Origin: Octopus sinensis
Lineage: Eukaryota
Assembly: GCF_006345805.1 (NCBI RefSeq)
Contig: NW_021832609.1
Coordinates: forward strand, 1 to 64,000
Direction: 5' to 3'
DNA: 64,000 nt
A program made the translations under genes and the position numbers. This document shows, piece after piece, positions 51,951 to 64,000 of the stretch; positions within the stretch are counted from its first letter, which is position 1, and each line of letters starts with the position of its first letter. The notes under the pieces are model-generated. The model searched no databases. It was not told the DNA's origin and was given only the letters and a program-made list of their open reading frames with translations.

Positions 51951-52920
51951 TATATATATACACATATATATATTATGTATGTATGTATGTATGTGTGTAT
52001 ATGTGTATGCATGTATGTGTGTGTGTGTGCGTGTCTGTCCTTGTGATTGTCCTCCACCACTGCTTGACAACGAATGTTGTTTGTTTACATCCCTGTCACC
52101 TAGTGGTTTGACAAAGGAAAAAGATAGAATAAGTACAATGCTTACAAAAATAAAACTGGAGTTGATTCATTAAACTACAATTCTTCAAGGCATTGCCCCA
52201 GCATGGCCACAGAGCAATGGCTGGAAAAAGCAGAAGAATAAAAGAATTGAGGGGGACCTCTACATGGTAGCTAGACCTGGTAGAAATAGCAGCAAAATTT
52301 CCCCCAAATCACACCTTACTGTCTTATCTATGTATATATGTATGTATGAGCCTATGAGGGAGACCCCTACATGGCAGCTAGACATGGTAGAAATAGCAGC
52401 CAAATCTCCCTCAAATCACACCTTACTGTCTTATCTTTCTGCTACTTGGATATAGGTGTTATATTCGTCTAAAAAACTTTCCTGTCACACACTCACGCAC
52501 ACGCACATGCACACACACACGCGCACACACACACACACACACACTCACACACACGCACGTTAGCTTACAATTTTATTTATATATTTGGCGTGTGTATGTG
52601 TGGAAAGAAGAAGTGGGAGGCAGAGTGAAAGAATCACTCACTACAGTAAGTGAATTAGTTTCATTTTATTCGTTGCCCACTGTGTTTGTGCGTTTGCGTG
52701 TGGTGTAAACCAGACTAAGAAAAGCATTTGACACACACACCAGAATGTGAGTTTTCTGTAAATTTTTTGCTTTATTGGAGTTTAAATTTTAAAAACTGGA
52801 CCTGGCATGACGCGATGCTTGTACTCTTAAAAATGGCAGGTAAATTGTAATTGAAGAAATCCTATATTGTAGATTTGTATAACTCCCAAGGGAGGCAGAT
52901 AAAATCTGCCTTTTATAATA

Positions 52921-52981
<61 letters not shown>

Positions 52982-53009
52982 CAGGGAGAGTTTATGACAA
53001 CAAAAAACA

Positions 53010-54820
53010 AAAGACGAAGACAGGTGGTGTACAAAATAAACAGATGTTTTAGTATAACGCTCAGGAATAGAAAAAGTCTTTAACGTTTCGAGCCTACGCT
53101 CTTCTACAGAAAGGGACACAGAAAAAACAAGGAGAAAAAAATGTGTGTAGTGGCTAACGATCTATCATGGCGACTTTTGCCTGAGAGAAGTGTCAAACTC
53201 AAGAAGGAAAGTAGGGGAGATAACAAGGTAAAGATGACCCCCAACACAAAGGTGCATGTTGTGTATAAGAGAGTATGTATGTGTAGGTGTGAAGATGTGG
53301 GGATGGGTGTGTGGGTGGTGTGTCGTGATGTGATGTGTATTGTTGTATGGTGTATTATGGTGTGGTGTGATGTTGTTGGGAGGTGGGGGTAGAGGTGGGG
53401 TATGTGGGGGAGGGGTGTGGGATAGGATGGGGGAATGGGAAGTATAGGGAAGGTGGAGTAGGGATGTGTAGGGGTAGGTGGGTTTATGGGTGGAGGGGAA
53501 GGTGGGTATGTGAGGAGAGAGAGGAGGAGAGAAGAGAGAAAGAGAATAAAAGAGGAGAGAGTAAGAGAGAAAGAGAAAAAAGAGTAAGAGAGAACAGAGA
53601 AAGAGAGTAGGGGTGAAGAGAAGTAGCAGTTAAGAGAAGTAGGAGTTGGGGCAAGAGAGGAGAGTTGGGTGGGAAGAAAGAGGATGGAGGGGGAGAGAAG
53701 AGAGAAGGAGAGTAGGGGTGTAAAGATGTAGGAGTGAAGAGAAGCAGGAGTCAGGGAGGAGGTTAGATGAAGAGGGGAGGAGAGTTGAGCCCAAATGGCA
53801 TAAAAGAGCGAAGAGAGAAGATTAATCCCTGTTCACGGTGCAAATGGGAGTCTGGATGGCCTCTGTGCAAGGACAATCCGAACACAGACAGGTGTTGCAA
53901 GGAGTGACTGGTGGAGTGGAAATGGCATGAGACTGGGGTGTCATTGCCGAGGCAGATGTCTCAGAGGTGTTCCGTGAACCGGTCAGCCAAGCGGCGTCTC
54001 ATTTGTCTGATGTACAGGGAATGGCAGAGAGAGCAGGAGATGCAATAGATGATATTGCTGGAAGTGCAGGTGAAAGAGTTGATGATGCGATAGGGTCGAT
54101 GATGGGTGCCGGTGAGGATGATGGTGTTGGGGAGGTAAGGGCAAGTGCGTCAGCGTGGGTGGGAGCAGGAGAACAAGCCAGGTGGGAGGTAGGGTTGGTG
54201 AAGAAGCTGTGGACCAAGAGGTCTCGTAGGTTGTGGCTCATTTGAAGGAGGGGAGGGGTCAGTTAGGGAAGATGTGTAAAGTGGACGGGTTGGACTGGAG
54301 ATGCCGGAAAGCTCGGAGAATGGTGCGTTGGAGAGTTAGGGTGGTGGGGTGGTAGGTGAGGGGAAAAGGGAAGCGGGAGACTACAGGGCAGGTTCGACGG
54401 GAGAGAGCAGATGCACAGTCCACGAAACGTGCTCTGGCAAGGGCGGTGTGGATAGTGGTGAGGGGATATCCACGTATGATGAAGTAGTGAGCCATGAGTT
54501 GAGACTGAGTCTCAAAGTCATGGTCGTCACTACAGAGCCTGCGTAGACGGAGGAATTGGGAATAGGTGATGAAAAGCTTGGTGTGTTTGGGGTGGGAGGA
54601 GGAGAAGTTTAGGTATGAGTGTGAGTCTGTGTGTTTGTAGTGGATGGTGGTAAGAGTGAAGTGATGAATGCTGACCAAAATATCAAGAAAGGAGACAGAG
54701 GTCTCAGAGATAGTGCAGGAGAAGTGGAGGGCAGGATGGAAAGATTTGACGAAAGAAAGGAAGGAGTCTAGATGTTCGCGGGAGAGTGAGGTGGCACCGA
54801 TACAGTCGTCAATAAATCTT
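53010..54820 (-). mobile_element. 5'-truncated Penelope-like element: RT thumb, GIY-YIG, 3'UTR and hammerhead
   Basis: FIDDC..FHPALHF..VSFLDI..SHSYLNFSSSHP..SQFLRLRRLCS; HNLRDLLVHS; RRRLADRF.EHLRDI..REQ.LIFSLRSFMPFGLNS. Confidence 0.9.
53078..53113 (-). ncRNA. Minimal type I hammerhead-like motif at the PLE 3' end
   Basis: CTTT-CTGTAGA-A-GAGC-GTAG-GCTC-GAA-ACGT-T-AAAG. Confidence 0.6.
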
Positions 54821-55545
54821 GTCTCTAGTTCTGGCAGTGACTCAGCTATTAGAGCAAGGTCATCAGCATAGAGGAGCTCCCAGATGCAGCCCCTCTTGAA
54901 TTTCTCTGCTATTGCTTGGAGGACTATAGTGAATAAGAGGGAGCTGAGGACTGATCCTTGATGAACACATACTTCTATCTGGAATTCTTCACCATACTCG
55001 TTGCCAACCCTCACCTTACTGACAGCATCTATGTACAGGGCTTGTACAGCTCTTACCAACCTCTTCTCTATCCCCAGTTTCTGCATTGATCATCAGATAA
55101 AGAATTGGGGGACACTGTCAAAGGCTTTCTCCAAGTCAATAAAAGCTATGTACAGAGGTTTATGTTTGGCTAGATATTTCTCCTGCAGTTGCCTTACCAG
55201 AGATATAGCATCAGTGATGCTTCTCCCTGGCATAAAACCAAACTGCATCTCATCTAGGCTAACTGTCTCCCTAATTAGTTGAGCTATGACCCTCTCTGTA
55301 ACTGTCATCACCTGATCCGATAATTTGATACCCCTCTAATTATTTCTGTTTAAAGCATCACCTTTACCTTTGTAGTGGTTGACTATGGTGCTGCTACACA
55401 AGTCATTGGATATGAACCTTTCATGAACTACCTGATTTATGATGCAGGTGACAAGACCATAAACCACACCACCTGATATTTTAAGCATCTCAGAAGCGAT
55501 TCCTGATGGGCAAGGTGCTTTCCCTGTCTTCATGTCTATCTGTGT
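54820..55545 (-). mobile_element. RTE LINE RT fragment
   Basis: QFGFMPGRSITDAI, FIDLEKAFDSVP, HQGSVLSSLLF, LLYADDL. Confidence 0.9.
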
Positions 55546-55779
55546 TTGTCCCCCACAAAACATCACTTGACAACTGATGTTGATGTGTTTACATCCCTGA
55601 AACTTAGCAGTTCAGCAAAAGAGACCAATATAAGTACTAGGCTTACAAAGAATAAGTCCTGGAGTTGATTTCTTCAACTAATGCAATGCTCCAGCATGGC
55701 CACAGTCAAATGACTGAAACAAATAAGGAATAAAAGAATAAATAAGAATACATATATTCATAGATGCATACAAACATAA

Positions 55780-56230
55780 AGTCAGTGGATAAAAAAAAGT
55801 TGTTCGTATACTAATTTATTGGTTCCATCCCTTTCTAATGCTTCATTATAGTGGAATAACCCTGTTGAAGATCTCTTCATCTGCTGCTATCAGGTTGAGT
55901 AAAAAGTAAGCTACGTTTCAAACCATGAAGAATTTGTACTGGATTTTTGCGGAGTTTTGATTTTTTTAAACATTTTTTTGCAATTATCTGATAATACAGA
56001 CATAGACTTGCCCAAATGCATCGATAAATTAACATTGCTATTTTTTTCACCATTGTTACAATCATCTGAAATGGAACTATCAAAGCACGATATTCGGGTA
56101 ATTTTGCTATTGAACTTCAAAAAAGGATGTAAAGCAGCTGAAACTGCTCGTAATATCAGCAAAACGTTTTGTGAGGAAATGACCAGTGAGTGATTCACTC
56201 AAAAATAATTTAAACGATTTTGCAGTGTTA
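55780..56230 (+). mobile_element. Mariner (Hsmar1/SETMAR-like) 5' fragment
   Basis: MELSKHDIRVILLLNFKKGCKAAETARNISKTFCE. Confidence 0.75.
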
Positions 56231-57939
56231 ATACTGCACTGAATGATACTGAGCTACTGATCCATGCCAACGTCCTACCTTACCATGGGTGGTGTGCAAT
56301 ACAAGGAACTAGTGTCGCTAAATATGCTATATGACAACCTACCACCAAAGAATAAAGAAAATATCTGGTGTTGCTTCCATAGCATTAACACTAGATGATC
56401 TGAGCTGACCACTAAAGGCCTAACATCAACAAGCCATCTTGAGTTTGTCTGAAATCTTTCACTCTGAATATCTGATGAAATAGATGCATTCTACATGTCC
56501 ACTTTTCCATGGTTGCAAGTATAAGATGAAATTTATTGACACAGATTTTCTAAAACTAGATGACCTTCCTTTCACCAACCCCAGCCTGTTTTCTAGCAAG
56601 GTGATATTTCCTCATGGTCAAACTTCAGTTTGGAAGTGAAAGATGCTGCTTCTTTGATGGTGACACTAATTTTAAAAAATCATGTGATGTCAAGACGAAG
56701 AGACCCAAACATACACTATTATTCATTCACACACACAAGCACACACACACACACAAACAAACAACATGCTTCTTTGTTTCTCTTTTTCACATCCACTCAA
56801 AAGACTTCAACCAGCCTGTGGGCACTAGCCATAAGAGCTACATAGAGGGACATAACTGGAAACCATTTGATTGAGGATACAGACTTCTTAATGACACATC
56901 TGTACTTTCATATATATGTACACTTGAATTTATGGAGATTATCATTTATTGACCATGTTTCATGCTGGCATAAGTTAGCTACTGGATTTCATGCATCTAA
57001 GGACTGCATTGAGCTCCAGTGTTTGCTTTGGCATTGTACTTACAGCTGGACACCCTTCCTATTGCTGACCACTTTACAGTATGGACTAGGTACATTTTCA
57101 TGCTGCTTGCACTGTTGAAGTCGGCATGCAGTTCGCAGGACTGCAAACTCTGAGAAAGTTGGAATGTCAGTGTCATGCTAGGGGATGAGGGGAAGCCTGT
57201 GAGGATGGAGCCAAGCAGATTTCTGTAGAGGGATTTACAAGATGTGGCTATTCACATTTGTTGAATAGCCACATCTAGTGGAGGAAGTGGGGAGTGAAAA
57301 AGAGAGATAGATAATGGACCCATGTGGTCCCACAAGGTACTTGTTGAGTAGAAATGTGTAAGTGGTTTGCAATGTTGTATGAGAAGGAGAATGAGGAGTG
57401 AGGGAGTAGACTGCCAAAATGGGAAGGATTGAAGGGTGGATGAAACAACAAATATGAGCTGGGGTAGATAGAGTGATACAGAAGAATAATGATGAGGATC
57501 AAGCAGCAGAAGTAATAAAGATGATATAGTTGCTAGTGGTGAGGACAAGGTGAGATATGACATGATTGGGTAGTCTGCTGGAGCAGGAAAATAGATGTAT
57601 AATGTATGAGGAGTGGGTAGTCACTGTCACAGTTGAACTCAAAATATAGCATTTCTACAACTCATTTTGCTGAGGAGGGCAAGTCATTTTGAGAACCTCG
57701 TGCACATGCACACAGACGTATAAAATATATCCAGGAATACTCTGTTTTATGGAAGTAATGCATTCATGAAAATATAGTTGCAGTGAGAATCCTTTAGCAA
57801 CATTCATTTTCCCATTTTCATGTTATAAAGTAAGAATGCATTCCAACATGATCCCTTTTATGCAGGAAAATAATTCCTAATCATACACAGAGCAATAAGT
57901 ATACATGAGAACATCTGAAAAGAGACACTTTAGAAAGTG

Positions 57940-59350
57940 AATAAGAATTCTAATATTACCATAAAGATGTTGACTACTGTGTGAGAAGTGGTGGTGGTGG
58001 TGGTGGTATGAAAGCTACCAGGATGATGTATCTTCTGTCTGATAGTTTCAGAACTCATCCAAGATTGTTTAGTGTTTGTGGTACATCATACCTTGGTGTA
58101 GGAAGTGAGCTCATTGTAAATACTTCTCACAATTTTTATGCTACATTCATGATAAGTGTTGTAGTTAATGTTACAATTGCAGGCCTTCCACTATAAGGGT
58201 GAACCTCTTACCAATATCTTTTTTCCAGATAATTTAAAGAGATTTGAAGGAATTCTTATATTCTTATCTATATTTTCAGATTGTTCTTCTTCTGAGGGCA
58301 TCAGTTCTTCATTAAATATACTTTCTCCATGGTACCCTAGCAACTCAGCTCCGTCATCTTCTTTGACATCATAAAATCCTATATTACATGCAAGTGTCAA
58401 AACATCTTTCCAAACTTGATATAGGCCTTCTGCTTGTGGAAATTTTATAAAGTCACAGATGCAGTCTGGTCATATATTTTTTCAATCACCATTCAAATTT
58501 TAGGGTTTCACTTTGTCCCATCACTCGTCTACATTATCCACAGCTCCCATTATGCTTAACTTCTTCCAGATGTCTCTAAATATAAGTTTCTTTCCTGTCA
58601 ATTGTTTTCATAAGCTGTTTGGAAGTTCTCAAATGAAATGACTTAATGTTTGCTGTCACACACTGTTCTATTGACTGGAAGAAGAAAGTTTTTGCTCTAC
58701 TTTTACACTAACAGAAACTTCATTTAAGTTCACTAGGTAGCTTTGTGTATTGTTTGTTGAAAATATTGGGTGACACTACCCTTCTATAGGATGAAAAATA
58801 TTTGTAAAACAATCTTTGAAAGGACTTAATAGCCCTTTTCTTCATATTTGAACAAAAATTCAGTGGTATATGAAACTTTGTGTGTTGCCTTGAAAATCCC
58901 AGGATTTTCAGGGCGATGCTCAAGTAGGAATTTTAATTTCATATCACCATATCACTAGCAGCATTTGTTCCCAGAGTGTCAGATGAATTTTGGAAGCTTT
59001 AAATCCTGGTGTTGATTTTTCTCCTTCAGAAATTATAGTTATAGCAAAAATGTTTAGTTTCATCAACATTGTATACTTACTGTCAGCAATGTTTGTCATC
59101 AACTACTCAGGATAATTAGATGCAGTCTCTCTGTCTGCATTGGCAGCTTCACAATCATTTTTATGTTGTATGAATTCAAGTACTTCTTAAACCCTTCAAA
59201 TCATTCTTTTGTAGATAGGAATAGATATTCATTACAGGTTTCACCTTCCTTTTTCTGCAACTCCTCAATCAAACTATTGCTTTTTTCTGTCTTTTATTTT
59301 TTTATATTTACCATTATGCTTTTCTGTATACTCCAATGAGTCTGATCCCC
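57940..59350 (-). mobile_element. pogo/Tigger-like transposase remnant
   Basis: LACNIGFYDVKEDDGAELLGYHGESIFNEEL resembles the Tigger C-terminus; upstream degenerate GFKASK..LTL segment. Confidence 0.65.
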
Positions 59351-60042
59351 AACCCATACATTCAAGAGCCATTCCATTTTAGGATTCACATCAGATTTAC
59401 AAAAATGATAATGTCCAGATAGTTTTGTTTCGTTCATTTACAAATTCCTTCTATTGTTCAGTTAGACGCTAATGGTTGTTAGTGTTTCTCTGTTTCTTAA
59501 GGTTCTATTCGAATCTTAGAAAGGATGCTTTGATCTTATGTTTGCATGATACAATTACTTCTTAATGCCTATTAATTACATAGTTTCTGAATGTAATGAT
59601 CTTCAGAGTTTCTTCTAGGTGTATGTTACTCACCCACAGTGTTCTATTGTATGGCCTAACGTTTTATTCTAGACCAGTTAGTTGTATGTTCTACTCCAGT
59701 TCGTTATTTCATTGACAATTTTTCATGGTATTTCCAGTTACACCAATGTACACATATTTTAGTGCACTTATCATCACTTCACATTTGTAAATTACGTTCT
59801 TTACCATGCAATTGTTATTAAATTTGCATTCATTTTCCCATCTGCAGTTACATACTACATTACCTTTTCTGGTTTGGCTGTTTTCCTACTCCTCATCTGA
59901 TTTATGTTGTGCACATCAGTGTTTGTGTGTGCCATATTTCCTGAAAAAATGCATGAACAATGACCCACCAGATATACATAGGTATTACAGATTATATGGT
60001 AATCATCACATGAATGCAAACTATAGTCCCAAAACACCTCCC

Positions 60043-60082
<40 letters not shown>

Positions 60083-60084
60083 TA

Positions 60085-61708
60085 CAGTGGGGGGAAATAA
60101 ATATTCGTATATGTCAAAATTCTTTATTTATTTAATTTCTAATGAACATAAATAGGATATACCAATACTCTATTTGCATACACATGCATAAACTAAGAAT
60201 ATGCAAAAGAAACTAATAAATTATAGTAACTAAGGAATTTATATACAATTATAAATATTCAGGGGTGAAAAAAGTATTCGTTCAGAACATAAATAACTGA
60301 TAATTCTGATTTAATACTTCGTAGCATAACCATTATTCAGTTCCACTTCAACCAATCTCTTCTTGTAGTTCTTAATCAATGACTTGCATGTTTCTTTAGG
60401 AATTTTTTCCCATTCTTCTTGACAAATTTTCTTCAAATCTGCAATGCACGTTGGGGCTCTTGAATGAATCTTAATGTTCAAATAACACCACATATTTTCA
60501 ATGAGGTTCAAGTCAGGTGACAGGCTTGGCCATTCTAATAATTTTATATTGTGATCGACTATCCATGTTTTGGTAGACTTCGCTGTGTGCTTAGGGTCGT
60601 TATCCTGTAGTAAAACTCACCCTTCACAAAGCTGGAGTTTTTCTACAGGGTCCCATAAATTATTGTTCAAAATATTTTGGTACATCTCTGCATTCATTCC
60701 ACCATCTATCACATGTAAATTGCCAGTATCATTTGCAGAGAAACACCCCCACACCATGATGTTGCAACCTCCAAACTTTATGGTAGGAATTGTGTTTTTC
60801 GGCGAATAGGCAGTACTATCTTTCCTCCAAACATGGCTACGCGAAATTTCATCCAAACAATTCAATTTTCGACTTGTCTGTCTATAGAACATTTTCCCAG
60901 AATGTATCAGTTTTATCTTTATGTTCAAAAAAACAAATTTTTAATGGGCATCTCTATGCCTTTTAGTCAACAGTGGAGTTATTCTAGGAGAGCGTAACTT
61001 CAGTTCATTCCTATGAAGTTCATTGCTGATTGTTTGTAGTGTAACACTAGTCCCTGAAGCTAACAAATCTTCTTGCAACTCCTTTCTGGTGATCATTGCA
61101 TTTTTTTTTTTTCGATTCTTCGCTTCATTTTTCTTAAAGCTCTAGGGGAAATCTTGCGTGGTGCACCAGATCTTATTCTGTTTTCAACAGTTCCCGATAT
61201 TTTTTATATCTTTGAATAAATGAAGATATGGTAAAAAATGGAATACAAAGGGTCTCTGATATTTTCCTGTAACTTTTACCTGCTTTCCTCTGTTCAATAA
61301 TTAAGTTTTTCACTGAATTTGTGAGTTCTTGACTTTTCGCCATTATTACGATACTACTTTATGTTGTCTCAATGCTGAATGAAGAAGCTAGCGTTTTGAT
61401 ACTTAAAACTGACGACTGATAAGATTATTGGAACAAACGAGAAAGTTCTAGTAAAAAAAAAATATTTTAACAGTATTTTGTGGCATAGAAAATCATAAAT
61501 TTATTCTGTATGAATACTTTTTCCAACCCTAAATATTTATAATTGTATATAAATTCCTTAGTTACTATAATTTATTAGTTTCTTTTGCATATTCTTAGTT
61601 TATGCACATGTGTATGCAAATATAGTATTGGTATATTCCATTTATGTTCATTAGAAATTAAATAGATAAAGAATTTTGACATATACGAATATTTATTTCC
61701 CCCCACTG
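60085..61708 (-). mobile_element. Complete Tc1 element of IR/DR type, transposase pseudogene
   Basis: ~200-bp TIRs starting CAGTGGGGG(G)AAATAAATATTCG, with an inner direct repeat near 60262 and TA flanks; IKFGGCNIMVWGCF, QDNDPKH, DLNLIENMW. Confidence 0.92.
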
Positions 61709-61939
61709 TATATAAATATATATATATATATACATACGTACACTTACACATTAGAGCATTTTAGCTCATATTTCTAGCAATGTATGTGTTTCTAACACAC
61801 TAGTCACATTTAGTGACAATTATAGTTTTCCTTTTTGGTGAAACACTGCAAACTGCTGCCTTCATTAATTATATATACACATACACACATATATACATAT
61901 ATATATGCATATATATATATATATATATACATATATATA

Positions 61940-61981
<42 letters not shown>

Positions 61982-62105
61982 ATATATATCTATATATATA
62001 TTAAATGTGAGGATAAAATTCTTTTCGAAAAATATATTTTCTCGAAGAAAATTTTATCAATGGCCAGCATATTAAAAAGTACCTTTAACGGTTAAATTTA
62101 TAAAC

Positions 62106-62541
62106 AATTCATAAATGAGGGCAAAGGAAAAAATTTCTAATGCCAAATATGCCGAAAAATTGGACATATTGTCCATTAACCATATAATTTTTTCACAATA
62201 TGCACGCTACTTGAAAAAAGGTTGACAGAAATTTCTAAAAAATTCCATTATTACCGTATCGGACCGATTTCAGAGTTAGATCCTTACTCATACCCATGGG
62301 TATGAGTAAGTATCTCATTTATTTCTTTTGCCACATGTATCACTGATGAAGAGAGGGCTCTTAGTAGCTAACTCTGAAATCGGTCCGATACGGTAATAAT
62401 GGAATTTTTTAGAAATTTCTGTCGACCTTTTTTCGAGTAGCGTGCGTATTGTGAAAAAATTATATGGTTAATGGACAATATGTCCAATTTTTCGGCATAT
62501 TTGGCCTTAGAAATTTTTTCCTTTGCCCTCATTTATGAATT
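62106..62541. mobile_element. Fold-back element (174-bp arms, 62106-62279 and 62368-62541) carrying a hammerhead
   Basis: Near-perfect inverted arms; the spacer has a perfect 28-bp palindrome at 62283-62310. Confidence 0.88.
62338..62395 (+). ncRNA. Type I hammerhead ribozyme motif with canonical core
   Basis: TATCA-CTGATGA-AGAG..CTCT-GAA-ATCGGTCCGAT-A-CGGTA; near-palindromic helix III, AUA triplet. Confidence 0.7.
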
Positions 62542-62554
62542 ATATATATATATG

Positions 62555-62586
<32 letters not shown>

Positions 62587-62878
62587 TATATACATATATA
62601 TGTAATATGGTATAATTATAAACAGGGCAAATTTTAGCCATTTCTCTGCAGACTGAAAAAATACAATTAACAACCTTAATCGATTTTCGAACCTTATTGG
62701 GTTCTCATTGGAGACATCTATATCATTCTGACAGTCTCCAGAGAAGCATACATACACACACACACGCACGCACACACACACACACACACGCACATATACA
62801 TATATATATACACATACACACATTCGTGCTGTATACTCGACCTCCACTCTCATATCTTCTTCCATTCTGTATTTATAG

Positions 62879-62910
62879 TGATGATACTTCAGAATCAGGG
62901 ATGCTGGTGT
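62879..62910 (+). CDS. Candidate 32-nt exon (phase 2 to 1; DDTSESGMLV)
   Basis: Pyrimidine-rich acceptor TTCTGTATTTATAG and donor GT|GTAAGG; a linking exon to the chain was not found. Confidence 0.3.
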
Positions 62911-64000
62911 GTAAGGTTGTAAGAGTTTGGGAGAAAAGGAGGTGAATACAAACCATGGAATAAAACAGGTCAAATGAACATAGGAGTTTTAATAAATCAT
63001 GAACAGGAAAGGATTTACGTATAGAAGTGGACACAGTAAGAATAAGAAATAGATGCTGACTGAAATAGTACAAAGGAAAGGAAGTGGCAACTCACAGTAC
63101 AGAGATGGCAATATGTATGGTATAAATGTATGGTGTATTCTGTTTTTGTCTCTTACAGCAGCAGAATAGCACTTTCGACAGGAGAATGATGGAGGGCTCA
63201 TTATAGGGTCATGAGTTGTGGGGCTGGCAGTTGTGATTGGTGGGGAAATTAAGAAAGGGATACCGATTTGAAGGGTGGAGGATCATTTGTGGTATGAACA
63301 TGGAATGGATGTCTGTTGGAAGTGGCAGCAGATGTTAGATGTGGTGAGTAGTGGAAAAAGGGAAAATCAATAACAATAGTGGAGGTTAGCTCATTGATGG
63401 TAAGGATAAAGGACAAATGTCAATAGGAGGTGAACCATACTTAGGAGATGTTTTTAATGGCATGAAGAGGAAATGTGAAGAAGAGAAAGATGCAGTTTAG
63501 AAGAGCTGATTTAGTTCGGTTTCTTGGGGTAGCATGTGTGAAAACATTGTTGCATATAAAATATACACTATATAATAATTTGCTTGTTTGTTCACCTGTT
63601 ATACTTTAGTTTGTTAGAGAGGTGGAAGTGGAATGAGTGAGAGGTTGAGTAAGAATGAGAGAAAGAGGGAGAAATGTGGGTAGAGAAGCAAGAAGAAGAG
63701 AGGAGTATAATAATACACTAAGGTCAAATGCATCACGTAGTTAGTTGAAGGGGGAGGCAAAGAGCAAGACACAACTATGATGAGAGGAAAGTGGGAGAGA
63801 GAGAGAAGTGTTAATGACTTACTGTCGGGTGGAAAGAGAAAGAGGGAAATGTTAAAGACATGAAGAGGGGAATTACATGGTTAAAATGTTTGTTGAAGAG
63901 GTAGAGAGAAAGAGAGAAATATAAGGTGCTTAGCAGAAGGAAATTTCAAAATCATATACTATTTTGCAACTGGAAGTGAAATCACTTAGCAAAATACAAA

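Noticed and set aside
57238-57278. 15-bp hairpin AGATGTGGCTATTCA/TGAATAGCCACATCT as a ribozyme or pre-miRNA
   Set aside because: It has no catalytic core, the stem is short, and it lies in a degenerate purine-rich repeat.

Overview
AT-rich, repeat-dense animal genomic DNA, most likely an octopus/cephalopod (inferred from the SINE, RTE and (TA)n repertoire, not from a database search). It is not prokaryotic and has no CRISPR array or rRNA. Almost all ORF-track entries are microsatellite or antisense artefacts. The window holds decayed or partial transposons: a CR1/L2-group LINE with an intact APE ORF but deleted RT core, many RTE fragments, R4/Dong fragments, five Penelope-like element (PLE) remnants, a full-length hAT with an 8-bp TSD, two complete Tc1 elements, mariner and pogo remnants, a fragmented autonomous Helitron and several short Helitrons. 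Three less obvious signals stand out. (1) At least seven hammerhead-ribozyme-like motifs, two of them inside fold-back elements and one with a reciprocal G3:C8 core swap. (2) A chain of phase-compatible + strand micro-exons (17-42 nt) spread over about 36 kb, reading as one open peptide with a duplicated NYATI tyrosine motif; this is probably the host gene. (3) A near-identical 2.0-kb tandem duplication whose distal part is a mosaic of nearby sequence. All alignments, translations and folds were done by eye, so boundaries are approximate unless stated.
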